Position numbers and translations under genes: made by a program. From the IMG/VR virus record IMGVR_UViG_3300031998_000020: a stretch of 64,000 bases of DNA, one strand, 5' to 3'. The notes below the pieces were generated by a model, which was not told where the DNA came from, did no database searches, and saw only the letters and a program-made list of their open reading frames with translations. This document shows positions 1 to 8,596 of the stretch, piece by piece. Source of the stretch: a virus. Lineage: Duplodnaviria; Heunggongvirae; Uroviricota; Caudoviricetes. The stretch's first letter is position 1, and every line of letters starts with the position of its first letter.

Positions 1-16
1 AAGGAAATTCAAGACC

Positions 17-922
17 TTGGCAGAGTTTCGTCATGCCGAGCCAAGGGCATGTTCCATTGCACACAATCACGGTTGGTTGAAGGATTTTACATGGCTGGAG
101 AGAAGGCCTTCTCTGCATTGGACTTATGAGATGTGCTATAAGGAGGCCCAGAAGTATACCACGTTCAAGGATTTCAACTTGAAGAGTTGTGCTGCATTCG
201 CTGCTGCATACCGTCATAAATGGCTGGATGATTTCACATGGCTTGTGAAGGCAAACCAGAAGGTATGGACGTATGAGGCATGTGTTGAGGAATCCAAGAA
301 GTACAAGACCAAGACTGATTTCTACAGGGGAAGCAAGGGTGCTTATTACTCTGCATGGAATAACGATTGGCTCAAGGACTTTGTGTGGTTTCAGAAGAAG
401 AGTGAATCCAAAGGCTACTGGAATCACGAGAGATGCGCAGAGGAATCCAAGAAATACCAGACCAGGGGTCAGTTTGCTAAAGGCAGTCCTGTAGCTTACC
501 GTAGTGCATGGTCTCACAGGTGGCTTGACGAGTTCACTTGGCTAAGACCAGCCGACACTTTTAAGGCATTAAGTGAGAGTGAATGCCGTGAAGAGGCAAG
601 GAAATACAAGACGAGGACCCAGTTCCAGATTGGTTCAAGACATGCTTACGTAACGGCCCTGAATAACGGTTGGCTGGATAACTACTCATGGCTATGTCCT
701 TCCACACTTAAATGGTCGAAGAGAGTATGCTATGACTTGGCAAAGTCATGTGAGTATCATTATGAATTCCGAAGGAAATATCTGTACGCTTATCGTGCAG
801 CATACAAGCATGGCTGGCTCAAGGACTATACCTGGTTGAAGAAAAAATACAGAGAACCATGGAAAAGGGAAAATGTGAGGAAATTGCAAGACAATACAAG
901 ACTTACAAGGAATTCATGGTGA
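17..922 (+). CDS. Tandem-repeat protein (about 45-aa repeats C..EE.KY.T..DF..GS..AY..A...GWLD.FTWL), 5'-partial; reading frame breaks near the A6 run at 842-847.
   Basis: At least 6 consecutive repeats visible in the translation. The ORF starts at TTG at the window edge, so it likely continues upstream. Its tail (REPWKRENVRK...) is out-of-frame junk. Confidence 0.6.
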   Translation: MAEFRHAEPRACSIAHNHGWLKDFTWLERRPSLHWTYEMCYKEAQKYTTFKDFNLKSCAAFAAAYRHKWLDDFTWLVKANQKVWTYEACVEESKKYKTKTDFYRGSKGAYYSAWNNDWLKDFVWFQKKSESKGYWNHERCAEESKKYQTRGQFAKGSPVAYRSAWSHRWLDEFTWLRPADTFKALSESECREEARKYKTRTQFQIGSRHAYVTALNNGWLDNYSWLCPSTLKWSKRVCYDLAKSCEYHYEFRRKYLYAYRAAYKHGWLKDYTWLKKKYREPWKRENVRKLQDNTRLTRNSW

Positions 923-1071
923 ATGACTATGCTGCGTATTTCGCTGCATATAGACATGGATGGCTCTACGAGTTTGATTGGCTAAAGCCGTTGCACAACC
1001 ACCATACCGTAGAGAGATTAAGGGCCAAGAAGTTAAAGGAAAAGGAAGCATACGTAGCATGGTATGCTTAA
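859..1071 (+). CDS. C-terminal continuation of the same repeat protein in the -1 frame (KCEEIARQYKTYKEF...GWLYEFDWL).
   Basis: The repeat consensus resumes in another frame immediately after the A-run. Repeat spacing is preserved if one A is removed. Confidence 0.5.
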   Translation: MEKGKCEEIARQYKTYKEFMVNDYAAYFAAYRHGWLYEFDWLKPLHNHHTVERLRAKKLKEKEAYVAWYA

Positions 1072-1120
1072 AAATTGTTAAAAAATTTTGTCATTTCAGT
1101 TTTTTTCAATACCTTTGTAG
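1070..1120 (+). promoter_or_regulatory. Bacteroidota sigma(AB)-type promoter (-33 TTTG at 1087, -7 TACCTTTG at 1110).
   Basis: Seen in sequence: ttgttaaaaaattttg ... TAccTTTG with 19-nt spacing, upstream of the 1149 CDS. Confidence 0.6.
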
Positions 1121-1148
1121 TGAAATCATTATTATATAATCAAGAATT

Positions 1149-1577
1149 ATGTGTTTAATTTTAGACCCAACCAGAAATAATGGGGATGAACCACTTGTAG
1201 CCAAGAAGGAAATCAAGTGTTACAAGTACCTTCGTCCGACAGAAAATGGAGGCATTGCTCCGTTTTACGAGTACAAGTATACGTTTGGTATAGAAAACCA
1301 TACACAAATGGAACTAGAAGGTGGATTTGTGATGCAAGGTTTCCATGCATTAGAAAGTAGATTCAAGGGATTGGAGATTGTATTGGTTCATCTCCCATAC
1401 GAGAAATACGGCTTATACAAATGCATCATTCCGAAAGGTGCCAAGTATTATTTTGGAAGGTATGGAGAGATAGTTTCGGATAGCATAATTGTACAGTCTA
1501 AGGAAAGAATCACATGGTTTGATAAAATTCTCCGCTTTGGAAAAAAAATAATAAGATTCATAAACCAAAAAAAATAA
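1149..1577 (+). CDS. Met-Cys-start paralog family, member A (invariant Cys2, GFHAL, IPKGAKYYFG).
   Basis: Shares the N-terminal MCLxL, K.YK, the His motif and the C-terminal IPKG..YY.G with 12 other ORFs in this window. Confidence 0.7.
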   Translation: MCLILDPTRNNGDEPLVAKKEIKCYKYLRPTENGGIAPFYEYKYTFGIENHTQMELEGGFVMQGFHALESRFKGLEIVLVHLPYEKYGLYKCIIPKGAKYYFGRYGEIVSDSIIVQSKERITWFDKILRFGKKIIRFINQKK

Positions 1578-1586
1578 AGGAAAATT

Positions 1587-2366
1587 ATGGCATACTATTA
1601 TGGCTCTATGGGGCACACACAGAAAATGCAGGACCTCTATGCAGAGGAAATCAAGCATTCAGTAGATAATTCAAAGACGTTCAGAACCGCCAAGACAGTG
1701 GATTCTTGTCAGCAGTCTCCGACCCTGAAAAAAATCGTTGTCGAGAAACTTACCACAACCGAGGCTATTCTCAAATACAAGGACTATGCTGCATTGAATT
1801 TTGCCTCATACAAGTATCCAGGCGGTTCTTTCGGTAGACCTGCTGTACACCTTGCACAGGAGGAATATCTATGCAAGGATTCATTCTTGTATAACGTGCT
1901 CAATGATGACAAGTTCCAGGAGGACTATGCTTGGAATAACAAGCACAATAATGATGAACTCTATACCAATTGGTGTATATTCTCCAAGGATGTTGGCTTT
2001 GTCAATGATGAGGATGAGCTGGTAGCAAAGGCAGATATTCTCACCTGTGCTGCTCCTAATGCTTCTGCTGCACGGTATAGGAGGAATGTACTCGCAATAG
2101 ATTTTGTGATGAATTCAAGAATCGGCTTCGTTCTTGCCGTTGCTGCACAGATGGGTGTCAAGAACCTCATACTTGGTGCTTTTGGATGTGGCGTATTCGG
2201 TAATAATCCAAGTAAGGTGGCAAGCATGTTCATGTCTTTTCTAAAGTCCCATGATTATGGCTTCGAGAATGTTATTTTTGCCATTCCTGGTGGCGAAAAT
2301 TATGATAAGTTCAGGGAAGTAGTTGAGGACCCATATTGGAACTGGCTGATTAGTGAGAATTCCTAA
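1587..2366 (+). CDS. Bacterial-type poly(ADP-ribose) glycohydrolase-like macro-domain protein (DUF2263/TIGR02452-like).
   Basis: PGGSFGRPAVHLAQEEYLCKDS fits the PARG signature GGG-x6-9-QEE. GAFGCGVFGNNP fits the macro catalytic loop G.G.(F/Y)G.P. Confidence 0.65.
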   Translation: MAYYYGSMGHTQKMQDLYAEEIKHSVDNSKTFRTAKTVDSCQQSPTLKKIVVEKLTTTEAILKYKDYAALNFASYKYPGGSFGRPAVHLAQEEYLCKDSFLYNVLNDDKFQEDYAWNNKHNNDELYTNWCIFSKDVGFVNDEDELVAKADILTCAAPNASAARYRRNVLAIDFVMNSRIGFVLAVAAQMGVKNLILGAFGCGVFGNNPSKVASMFMSFLKSHDYGFENVIFAIPGGENYDKFREVVEDPYWNWLISENS

Positions 2367-2393
2367 ATGGTTATGTAAACGAACAATAGTATT

Positions 2394-3320
2394 ATGAAAG
2401 AAAAGAAATACAAGCTTTCAGAAACTACCCTGGAATGGAATGGTCATATTCTACACAGAATAGTAAGTGTTAGCACTTTCAAACTGATAAATGGGGATAT
2501 AGTCAATGCAGGTGACGAAGGTGGATGGGTTGAGTCGGAAGGTAACCTATCCCAGGAATATAGTTGCTGGGTTGATTGTGATGCCAAGGTTTATGGCGAT
2601 GCCATGGTTTTTGAACATGCTCTAATATCCGACCATGCAGAGGTTTTTGATGATGCAAAAGTTCATTCTAGTGCACGTATTTATGGCAGTGCAGAAGTTT
2701 TCGGGGAAGCAGAGGTTAGGGATTATGCTATAATGACTGAGTCTGCACAGGTCTATGGTAAAGCTTTCATATATGAAAACGCACGAATCCGAGGGAACGC
2801 AGAGGTATTTGGACTATGTGCAATATCTGGTAATGCCATGATTGCAGGTCGGGCCAAAGTTTATGACGAGGCAACGGTGTATGGCAATGCACAGGTCTTT
2901 GGCGATGTATGCGTTTATGATGAGGCATGTATTCATGGGTATGCACAGATTTTCGGTGATGCACAGGTCTATGGTTCTGCAACGATTAGTAATTATGCCT
3001 ACATTTGTGGTAAAACTAAAATTCATGGCTGTTTGTGTATTGACGGTCCTGCCGATATTAAGGGTGATGCCGAAATAACCAGCAATGAAGACTTTATCGT
3101 TTTCAGGAACCATTTCTCATCAGGTAGATGGTTTACTTGGACACGTAGCAATGACAAGTGGAGAGTCGGCTGTTTCTACGGCACTGGTAAGGAACTCATA
3201 GAGAAGGCTTACAAGGATAGTGACTTAAAAGGTAAATACTATGAGTCCTACGTTCAATTGGTTGAGAAATTTAAAGAAATCGGGCATAATGAAGAAAAAA
3301 GAGAGGCTCTACAGGATTGA
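2394..3320 (+). CDS. Hexapeptide-repeat (left-handed beta-helix) protein, paralog 1.
   Basis: About 28 consecutive hexads of pattern A-x-(V/I)-(Y/F/H)-G-x. The N-terminal (GHILHRI..GD.GGWVES) and C-terminal (FSSGRWFTWTRSNDKWRVGCFYGTGKELI) modules are shared with the 14612 and 29345 genes. Confidence 0.8.
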   Translation: MKEKKYKLSETTLEWNGHILHRIVSVSTFKLINGDIVNAGDEGGWVESEGNLSQEYSCWVDCDAKVYGDAMVFEHALISDHAEVFDDAKVHSSARIYGSAEVFGEAEVRDYAIMTESAQVYGKAFIYENARIRGNAEVFGLCAISGNAMIAGRAKVYDEATVYGNAQVFGDVCVYDEACIHGYAQIFGDAQVYGSATISNYAYICGKTKIHGCLCIDGPADIKGDAEITSNEDFIVFRNHFSSGRWFTWTRSNDKWRVGCFYGTGKELIEKAYKDSDLKGKYYESYVQLVEKFKEIGHNEEKREALQD

Positions 3321-3723
3321 ATGCACAGAGAAGCAATTAAGATTAATTGCCAGTTGTGTTGAAGACTGTCATCGTTTTATGGGCGGTCAGGTTGGGCTAT
3401 GGAATATAACTTCCATGCTTGATACTTACCGTGAACTTAAGGATGAATTGGAAAAACTCAAACCATTGGTAACGCCTGACTTGCCATTGAATGCAAGTTA
3501 TGGCTGGACAGGTAGCAGTTGCCCTAATGAGTACCAAAGGAAGTTTATTGCAGAAACTTATCCTATTTACAGAGAGATATTACATTTTTTTGCTTGTCAA
3601 AGGGATGATAATGGCTATAACGTGTATAAGAGTGATACATTAACCTGTAAAGAGGGTGGTGAGCCTATACGAATTAAAGAAATTAAAAGAAGAAGTATTA
3701 AGCCAAGCAATGATTATGTTTAA
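3289..3723 (+). CDS. Hypothetical protein (start chosen at MKKKERLYRIE).
   Basis: Long ORF; the start is uncertain and it overlaps the end of the upstream gene. Confidence 0.4.
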   Translation: MKKKERLYRIECTEKQLRLIASCVEDCHRFMGGQVGLWNITSMLDTYRELKDELEKLKPLVTPDLPLNASYGWTGSSCPNEYQRKFIAETYPIYREILHFFACQRDDNGYNVYKSDTLTCKEGGEPIRIKEIKRRSIKPSNDYV

Positions 3724-4078
3724 AATGATTTTCTCCATAGTAGCTATCATTATCGTAGTGATAGGCATCCGTCTCATGTATCTGATGTATCAATTCGAGA
3801 AGATACTAAAACGCAGTTGTCCAGACGATGATGGCATGAAGGATTCGGAAATGTGGAGACAGAAGGAGCAGGAAATACTCAAGAGGGACAACTACAGATG
3901 TAAGTATTGTGGTGGTAACTATAAGCTGAAAGTATATAGGAAATGCCATGAATATTATACCAGTAGGTTGGTTAAATTCCCTTGGGAATATTCAGACGAT
4001 TCTTATGTAACCGTCTGTGAGGATTGCTATAAGCTATCCAAAGAGGTCAAGGCATGGCTTCCACATCCATTAATATAA
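3710..4078 (+). CDS. Membrane-anchored protein with a Cys-rich C-terminus (CKYCGG...C..H...CEDC).
   Basis: N-terminal hydrophobic helix (FSIVAIIIVVIGIRLMYLMY). Cys/His cluster suggests Zn binding. ATGATTATGTTTAA start/stop overlap with the upstream gene. Confidence 0.45.
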   Translation: MIMFKMIFSIVAIIIVVIGIRLMYLMYQFEKILKRSCPDDDGMKDSEMWRQKEQEILKRDNYRCKYCGGNYKLKVYRKCHEYYTSRLVKFPWEYSDDSYVTVCEDCYKLSKEVKAWLPHPLI

Positions 4079-4374
4079 AATTACATTGTTATGAGTAAAG
4101 ATATAGCTTTTCATGATTATCACGACATATATGATATGAGGTATCATATGGGTGACTGGGAGGTAATCAATATAGAGACACTTTCTAATGGTTATTTTCG
4201 TGTTTGGCATTATGTTGAAGATTAAATCAAAATATACCAAGAAGCAAGTATTCAACAAATTTTATGATACTTGCAAGTTTGTAATTGAACCAAGCAAGGA
4301 TGGCAAGGGAGAAGGGGTAATCTTCGCTCCTTTCCTATTGCAGGATTGTGATAAAAACAAATGATTGCTTAGTT

Positions 4375-4770
4375 ATGGAGATTAAAGAAGTATACGTATC
4401 TTACGATGTGGCGAAGCTTTTATATGAAAGAGGATTTTACGAGCCCTGTGATATGTACTACAAGATGTCGTGTAAAAGCGATGAGCCAGAAGAGGTGCTG
4501 TGGGAAGAATTGAACTATGGGCAAGAAAGATATATTAAGGCTCCGACACACCAAATGGCAACTGACTGGCTTAGAGTAAGGCATGGGATATTCATATGTA
4601 TTACTTATGAGCCTGAACCTGGTGATAAGTTCGAGTGGCATGCTCTGATACGCAAAGATGGTAAAACAATAAAGTTTACTGACGGAATAAGAATTTCAGA
4701 TTATCACAGGCTTCTTGACCATGCCATCCGAGATGTTGTCGAGGGATGTATAGCTGTAAACATTGAATAA
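4375..4770 (+). CDS. Hypothetical protein, distant SKKLAEIL-family-like N-terminus (AKLLYERGFYEPCDMYYK).
   Basis: ORF with the first in-frame ATG at 4375. Weak resemblance to SKKLAEIL...ADMYYRD. Confidence 0.4.
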   Translation: MEIKEVYVSYDVAKLLYERGFYEPCDMYYKMSCKSDEPEEVLWEELNYGQERYIKAPTHQMATDWLRVRHGIFICITYEPEPGDKFEWHALIRKDGKTIKFTDGIRISDYHRLLDHAIRDVVEGCIAVNIE

Positions 4771-4815
4771 TTGTTAAAATATTTGGTGTTTTCAAATATT
4801 ATTTGTACCTTTGCA
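4770..4815 (+). promoter_or_regulatory. Bacteroidota-type promoter (TTTG 4782, TACCTTTG 4806).
   Basis: ttgttaaaatatttggtg ... TAccTTTG cassette. Confidence 0.65.
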
Positions 4816-4841
4816 TCCGTAACATAAATTATAAACAGGAA

Positions 4842-5711
4842 ATGATAAAATCAGTTGAAATAACAGATAATAAAAAGGCTACTTTAACGTACCTCCATAA
4901 TATAGAGGCATTTGCCAATGGTGCAAAGTTCAAATTCAAGCCAGGTGTGAATATCATTGTCGGAGAGAACGGCAGTGGTAAATCTACGTTGATTAACCTT
5001 ATTAGGGATTACACTCTCTGTAAAGACAGTATGGAAACTCATGTTCCTAATGTGCGTGAGCAGTTTGGTGTCCTTAAATTCCCGAATCTGTGGGGTAATA
5101 AGAGGTTTAATGAATCCGAAGGCTTCAACGACGGAGTCAAGGTAAAGGCTGATTACAAGGGTAAAGTTTTCAGGTTGATGTTTGATGACATTCAAAGGAA
5201 TGGGCATACTTTTGAAGAGAAAATCGAGAATTACAGCCTTCTGATGGACATGTCCTCAGCTTCAACAGGAGAGAAAATGATTACTGCATTGAGCTATTTA
5301 TTCAACTTCATGTATGGCAGGACGGATTATTTCTTCCCCATCAAAGAACTGGAAAAAATCCAAGAAAGTTCAAATGACCTTTGGTCGGAAAGAATCAAAC
5401 AGCTTCTTGATTATTACAAGAAGAATAGTATCAAGATTTCAAAGAAGAACTATGAATATACCGTTCTTATGGATGAGCCAGACAGGAATCTTGACATATA
5501 CCACATAAAAGAGTTATACGGCATACTGAGTGAGCGAAAGAAGCAAACACAGTTGATTACTGTTATACATAATCCTTTGCTTATCTATAAGCTGACCAAG
5601 CTTCCGCAGAGCAAGAAGGTAAACTTCGTAGAATTAACACCCAACTATATTGATACCATTAAGGAGTTCTATAAGTGGGCTGACAACAAGAGAATTTACA
5701 CTAAAATATAA
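4842..5711 (+). CDS. Small ABC/AAA_21-type ATPase (Walker A GENGSGKST; D-loop LMDEPDRNLD).
   Basis: P-loop VNIIVGENGSGKSTLINLI and DEP...LD motif. The first ATG after the promoter is at 4842. Confidence 0.7.
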   Translation: MIKSVEITDNKKATLTYLHNIEAFANGAKFKFKPGVNIIVGENGSGKSTLINLIRDYTLCKDSMETHVPNVREQFGVLKFPNLWGNKRFNESEGFNDGVKVKADYKGKVFRLMFDDIQRNGHTFEEKIENYSLLMDMSSASTGEKMITALSYLFNFMYGRTDYFFPIKELEKIQESSNDLWSERIKQLLDYYKKNSIKISKKNYEYTVLMDEPDRNLDIYHIKELYGILSERKKQTQLITVIHNPLLIYKLTKLPQSKKVNFVELTPNYIDTIKEFYKWADNKRIYTKI

Positions 5712-5715
5712 AAAC

Positions 5716-6096
5716 ATGACAAAGAAAGATTTAGCAATAAAGGCATTCAAGAATCAACTAGAGTTGATTCTTGAACTGTATCCCGATGTCAGGGACATGA
5801 TGTATGAGAATGAGGAGTCAATTACGTTCCATAATGATATGAATGGTAGATTGACATTAAAATTCCTACCTTCTGGTAAGACAGAAGTCGAGTGTTTTTT
5901 GCAGACCAGTCCAGGCTTTGAAATCTTTACTGTCGATGAGGATTTTAATGTCTGTGAGGAGAAATACAAACAATATGAAGGATACGCTAAACGTCTAATT
6001 GTAAACGCCATGCTTGAATGGCATGAATGCCAAGACATAATAAAAAGGGTCTTTGATAGTTACCGTAGCCTTAAATACTTAGCAGAAGAAGAGTAA
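5716..6096 (+). CDS. Hypothetical protein.
   Basis: ORF immediately downstream of the ATPase; start MTKKDLAIKAF. Confidence 0.45.
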   Translation: MTKKDLAIKAFKNQLELILELYPDVRDMMYENEESITFHNDMNGRLTLKFLPSGKTEVECFLQTSPGFEIFTVDEDFNVCEEKYKQYEGYAKRLIVNAMLEWHECQDIIKRVFDSYRSLKYLAEEE

Positions 6097-6183
6097 TGAT
6101 AAGAGTGGCATTAGAGATAATTGGCTATTATCTCCTTTTTGGGGGCATAGCATATTGTATAATCTCATATTTTGACAAAGAAA

Positions 6184-6474
6184 ATGAATAAAACAATTTT
6201 AATATTACTCTCAATATTTGTATTGGGTTCTTGTACGAGAGTTAAAATTGATAACCCAGGGAATAAAGAAGAGATTGAAAATTTTAAACAACAAGTGCAG
6301 AGAGCCCAAGATAGGGGTGGCCTAAAATATGATGATTTAATTAAAGAATTTGAGTACAAAGGTCATCAATACATTTGGTTTGAACAGTCACTTCGACAGG
6401 GTTACGCTGGTTATGGATTTGCTGGTGTAGTTCACAATCCAGATTGTAAGTGTTTTAAAAAAGTGGAGGAATAA
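6184..6474 (+). CDS. Lipoprotein (signal peptide plus LGSC lipobox).
   Basis: MNKTILILLSIFVLGSC... Confidence 0.55.
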   Translation: MNKTILILLSIFVLGSCTRVKIDNPGNKEEIENFKQQVQRAQDRGGLKYDDLIKEFEYKGHQYIWFEQSLRQGYAGYGFAGVVHNPDCKCFKKVEE

Positions 6475-6477
6475 GTT

Positions 6478-6669
6478 ATGGAAAAGTACATTCACAGCAA
6501 AACAGGTAAGCCATACTCTTTGATAAGTGAGAAACTGCTGGTGAAACAGGACGGAGTGTGGAGCAATGAATTCGTGCTTTATAAGGCAGAATATCCTAAT
6601 GAGGATGGACCGTTCTTTGTAAGGACGAAGGATGATTTCTTTAATCACTTTGAAAAAGTAAAGGAGTAA
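6478..6669 (+). CDS. Hypothetical small protein.
   Basis: ORF with an AGGA sequence upstream. Confidence 0.4.
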   Translation: MEKYIHSKTGKPYSLISEKLLVKQDGVWSNEFVLYKAEYPNEDGPFFVRTKDDFFNHFEKVKE

Positions 6670-6672
6670 GTT

Positions 6673-6972
6673 ATGGTAAATTTATCAGATTTCCTTAAAG
6701 AAAATGAAGGTCCAAAGACCACTACTACAGAGAAGTACAAGTGGATAAAGACATCAACAAATCAAAGGCCTCCAGATGGCCATTGGGTTGTCGTGACTAG
6801 ACCTATTTTCAGTGTGTTCAGAATGTTGGTCGGTGCCTATTGTACTAAAAAAGACTGCCTTGTTATGGATGAGGGTACCGAGCCGATGATTATGACCAGT
6901 CATTTTATGCTTATCGATGAGGATGGCGAAGATTTTTCCCGAATAAATTTCGATTATTTAGATAAGACATGA
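6673..6972 (+). CDS. Hypothetical protein, KYKWIKT(S/E)xNxRPP family.
   Basis: Paralog of 7231..7785 (KYKWIKTSTNQRPPDGHWVVV vs KYRWIKTECNLRPPHLQWIIV). Confidence 0.55.
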   Translation: MVNLSDFLKENEGPKTTTTEKYKWIKTSTNQRPPDGHWVVVTRPIFSVFRMLVGAYCTKKDCLVMDEGTEPMIMTSHFMLIDEDGEDFSRINFDYLDKT

Positions 6973-7229
6973 CACGCACAGAAGAAATCATAAAAGCAGC
7001 CGACGAAGCTTCTGATAAGGAGGAGTATGTGGATGGTTGGGAAAGAAACCGTTGTTGGGAGTATTTCATCCAAGGTGCTGAATGGGCCGACAAGACCATG
7101 CTTGACAAAGTTGGTGACTACCTGTCAAAATTGAAACGTTGCAAGTTAACGTCAATGGCTGGTCTCTTCAACATGAAAGTGTTCTCAGAAGAAGACATCG
7201 AAAAACTTCGTAAATCAATGGAGAAATAA
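6969..7229 (+). CDS. Hypothetical protein, AEWADKTMLDK family.
   Basis: About 85% nt identity over roughly 150 bp with 58672-58822, and a similar protein tail (VFSEEDIEKLRK). Confidence 0.6.
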   Translation: MTRTEEIIKAADEASDKEEYVDGWERNRCWEYFIQGAEWADKTMLDKVGDYLSKLKRCKLTSMAGLFNMKVFSEEDIEKLRKSMEK

Positions 7230-7230
7230 T

Positions 7231-7785
7231 ATGAGTGATAAAACGTCAAACAATAAGCCTCAGAGGTTTTTAACCTACGAGAAATACAGGTGGATAAAGA
7301 CAGAGTGTAATCTACGGCCTCCTCATCTGCAATGGATAATAGTTTATCGGGACATTTACGATTTCAAGAAGATGGATATCGGCCTCTACCACCAGGAAGA
7401 TGACTGTTTCCGTTCAGACACCCTGGACGTACCAATGGACAGTATAACCGCTTTTATGGCTGTAGATGAGCCTGACAGGATATTGCTGAACATGGAGCAG
7501 TCACTTGGCTACGAAATCCCTGACCCTGTAACGATAAGCCGTAAGGAAGACGTTGTAGAGACTTCTATATATCCAAAGGACCCAAAGCTGGGAAATGATT
7601 TCAATTTGGGTGATTATATCGGTGACTATCTTAAGAAGCATCTATCAGTCCAGGTTTTATGGTGGGGCAATGAGGTTTCTGTAAAACTCAAACTTGACGG
7701 TGATATAATATCAGAAGATAAAGACTGTTTTGATGGTCGCATCTATTCTATGGTAAATCTTAACAATGTAAAATTAAAAGAATGA
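7231..7785 (+). CDS. Hypothetical protein, KYKWIKT family (longer paralog).
   Basis: Paralog of 6673..6972. Confidence 0.55.
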   Translation: MSDKTSNNKPQRFLTYEKYRWIKTECNLRPPHLQWIIVYRDIYDFKKMDIGLYHQEDDCFRSDTLDVPMDSITAFMAVDEPDRILLNMEQSLGYEIPDPVTISRKEDVVETSIYPKDPKLGNDFNLGDYIGDYLKKHLSVQVLWWGNEVSVKLKLDGDIISEDKDCFDGRIYSMVNLNNVKLKE

Positions 7786-7958
7786 CATACGACGAGTTTA
7801 TGAACACTCCGTTCAAAAATGACGGACAAGGCAATCCTGTAGCATTAAAAGATGTATTGCCAACGCTTACAAGGGCTCAGAGGAAGTATATCCAAAGTAG
7901 GCTCAAGAAAGGAAGAATTGTACACATTGAAGAAATATTTAATATCGGGGAGGGTTAA
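7782..7958 (+). CDS. Small hypothetical protein (58 aa).
   Basis: ATGA start/stop overlap with the upstream gene; otherwise unsupported. Confidence 0.3.
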   Translation: MTYDEFMNTPFKNDGQGNPVALKDVLPTLTRAQRKYIQSRLKKGRIVHIEEIFNIGEG

Positions 7959-8183
7959 GATATGACAGCGAATCAATTTGTAACGGAATGGTTTTTGCCT
8001 TGTTTTGCAATGGTATTGATGACAGGAGGTGCTGTTGGAGTGTTGGTGGCATTATACAAAATGGCTAAAGACACATGACACCTTATGATTTTCTGATACA
8101 GTGGTTTGGACCGATATTTGTTATGGTTCTATGTTGCTTCTTTTTGGTTTTTGTATTTAAAACAAGAAAGGAATGGTGGAAAA

Positions 8184-8456
8184 ATGATTAAATTTACAAT
8201 CAAGATAGTAACCCCTATGGATTTATGGTATAGATTCAAAGGGTGGCTAATGCAAGCAAGACAAGATGACTGTAAAGGCTATGTCACACAATATAGGGAG
8301 TTTATTAAGGAAGACTTCATAAACTCTCTGGAAAGTGATGCAAATCAGGATTTGTCAGAGTATAGAGAGAGGATTATCCAAATATTGGATATTTCCTTGA
8401 AGGATTCGGAACGAGATATCGAGAACATGATAATGAGAATTCAACCAAAAATATAG
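8184..8456 (+). CDS. Hypothetical protein (MIKFTIKIV...).
   Basis: First ATG of the ORF; AATGATTAA overlap with a short membrane ORF (8075..8191) upstream. Confidence 0.4.
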   Translation: MIKFTIKIVTPMDLWYRFKGWLMQARQDDCKGYVTQYREFIKEDFINSLESDANQDLSEYRERIIQILDISLKDSERDIENMIMRIQPKI

Positions 8457-8457
8457 T

Positions 8458-8495
8458 AAAAGAATCTTCCTGCAAAGAGTGGGAAGATTTTTTTG
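8458..8495 (+). terminator. Intrinsic terminator hairpin (AGAATCTTCC...GGAAGATT plus T-run), first copy of the conserved terminator-promoter module.
   Basis: Inverted repeat followed by TTTTTTT; same module as at 33616 and 44704. Confidence 0.65.
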
Positions 8496-8504
8496 TTAAT
8501 GAGT

Positions 8505-8548
8505 GTTAAAAAATTTGGAGGTTTCAAATAAACTTTGTATCTTTGCAA
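8505..8548 (+). promoter_or_regulatory. Bacteroidota-type promoter (TTTG 8513; TATCTTTG 8538).
   Basis: gttaaaaaatttgg ... TAtcTTTG. Confidence 0.65.
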
Positions 8549-8596
8549 ACAGAAATCAAGGCGTGGTGCTGAGATACAAATAAAAACAGAAATAAA

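Noticed and set aside
273-494. 73-aa ORF in an alternative frame inside the repeat protein, and similar short overlapping ORFs (1413-1658 minus, 1801-2233, 4070-4258 minus, 8441-8722 minus, etc.).
   Set aside because: Embedded in better-supported longer ORFs on the + strand. No promoter or terminator, no paralog support.
2767-3113. Antisense and alternative-frame ORFs inside the hexapeptide-repeat genes (2767-2982, 2814-3113, 2842-3078; likewise 14643-14975, 15099-15299, 29645-30169).
   Set aside because: They are products of the compositionally biased hexad-repeat DNA. The sense frames have conserved paralogs and terminal domains; these frames have none.
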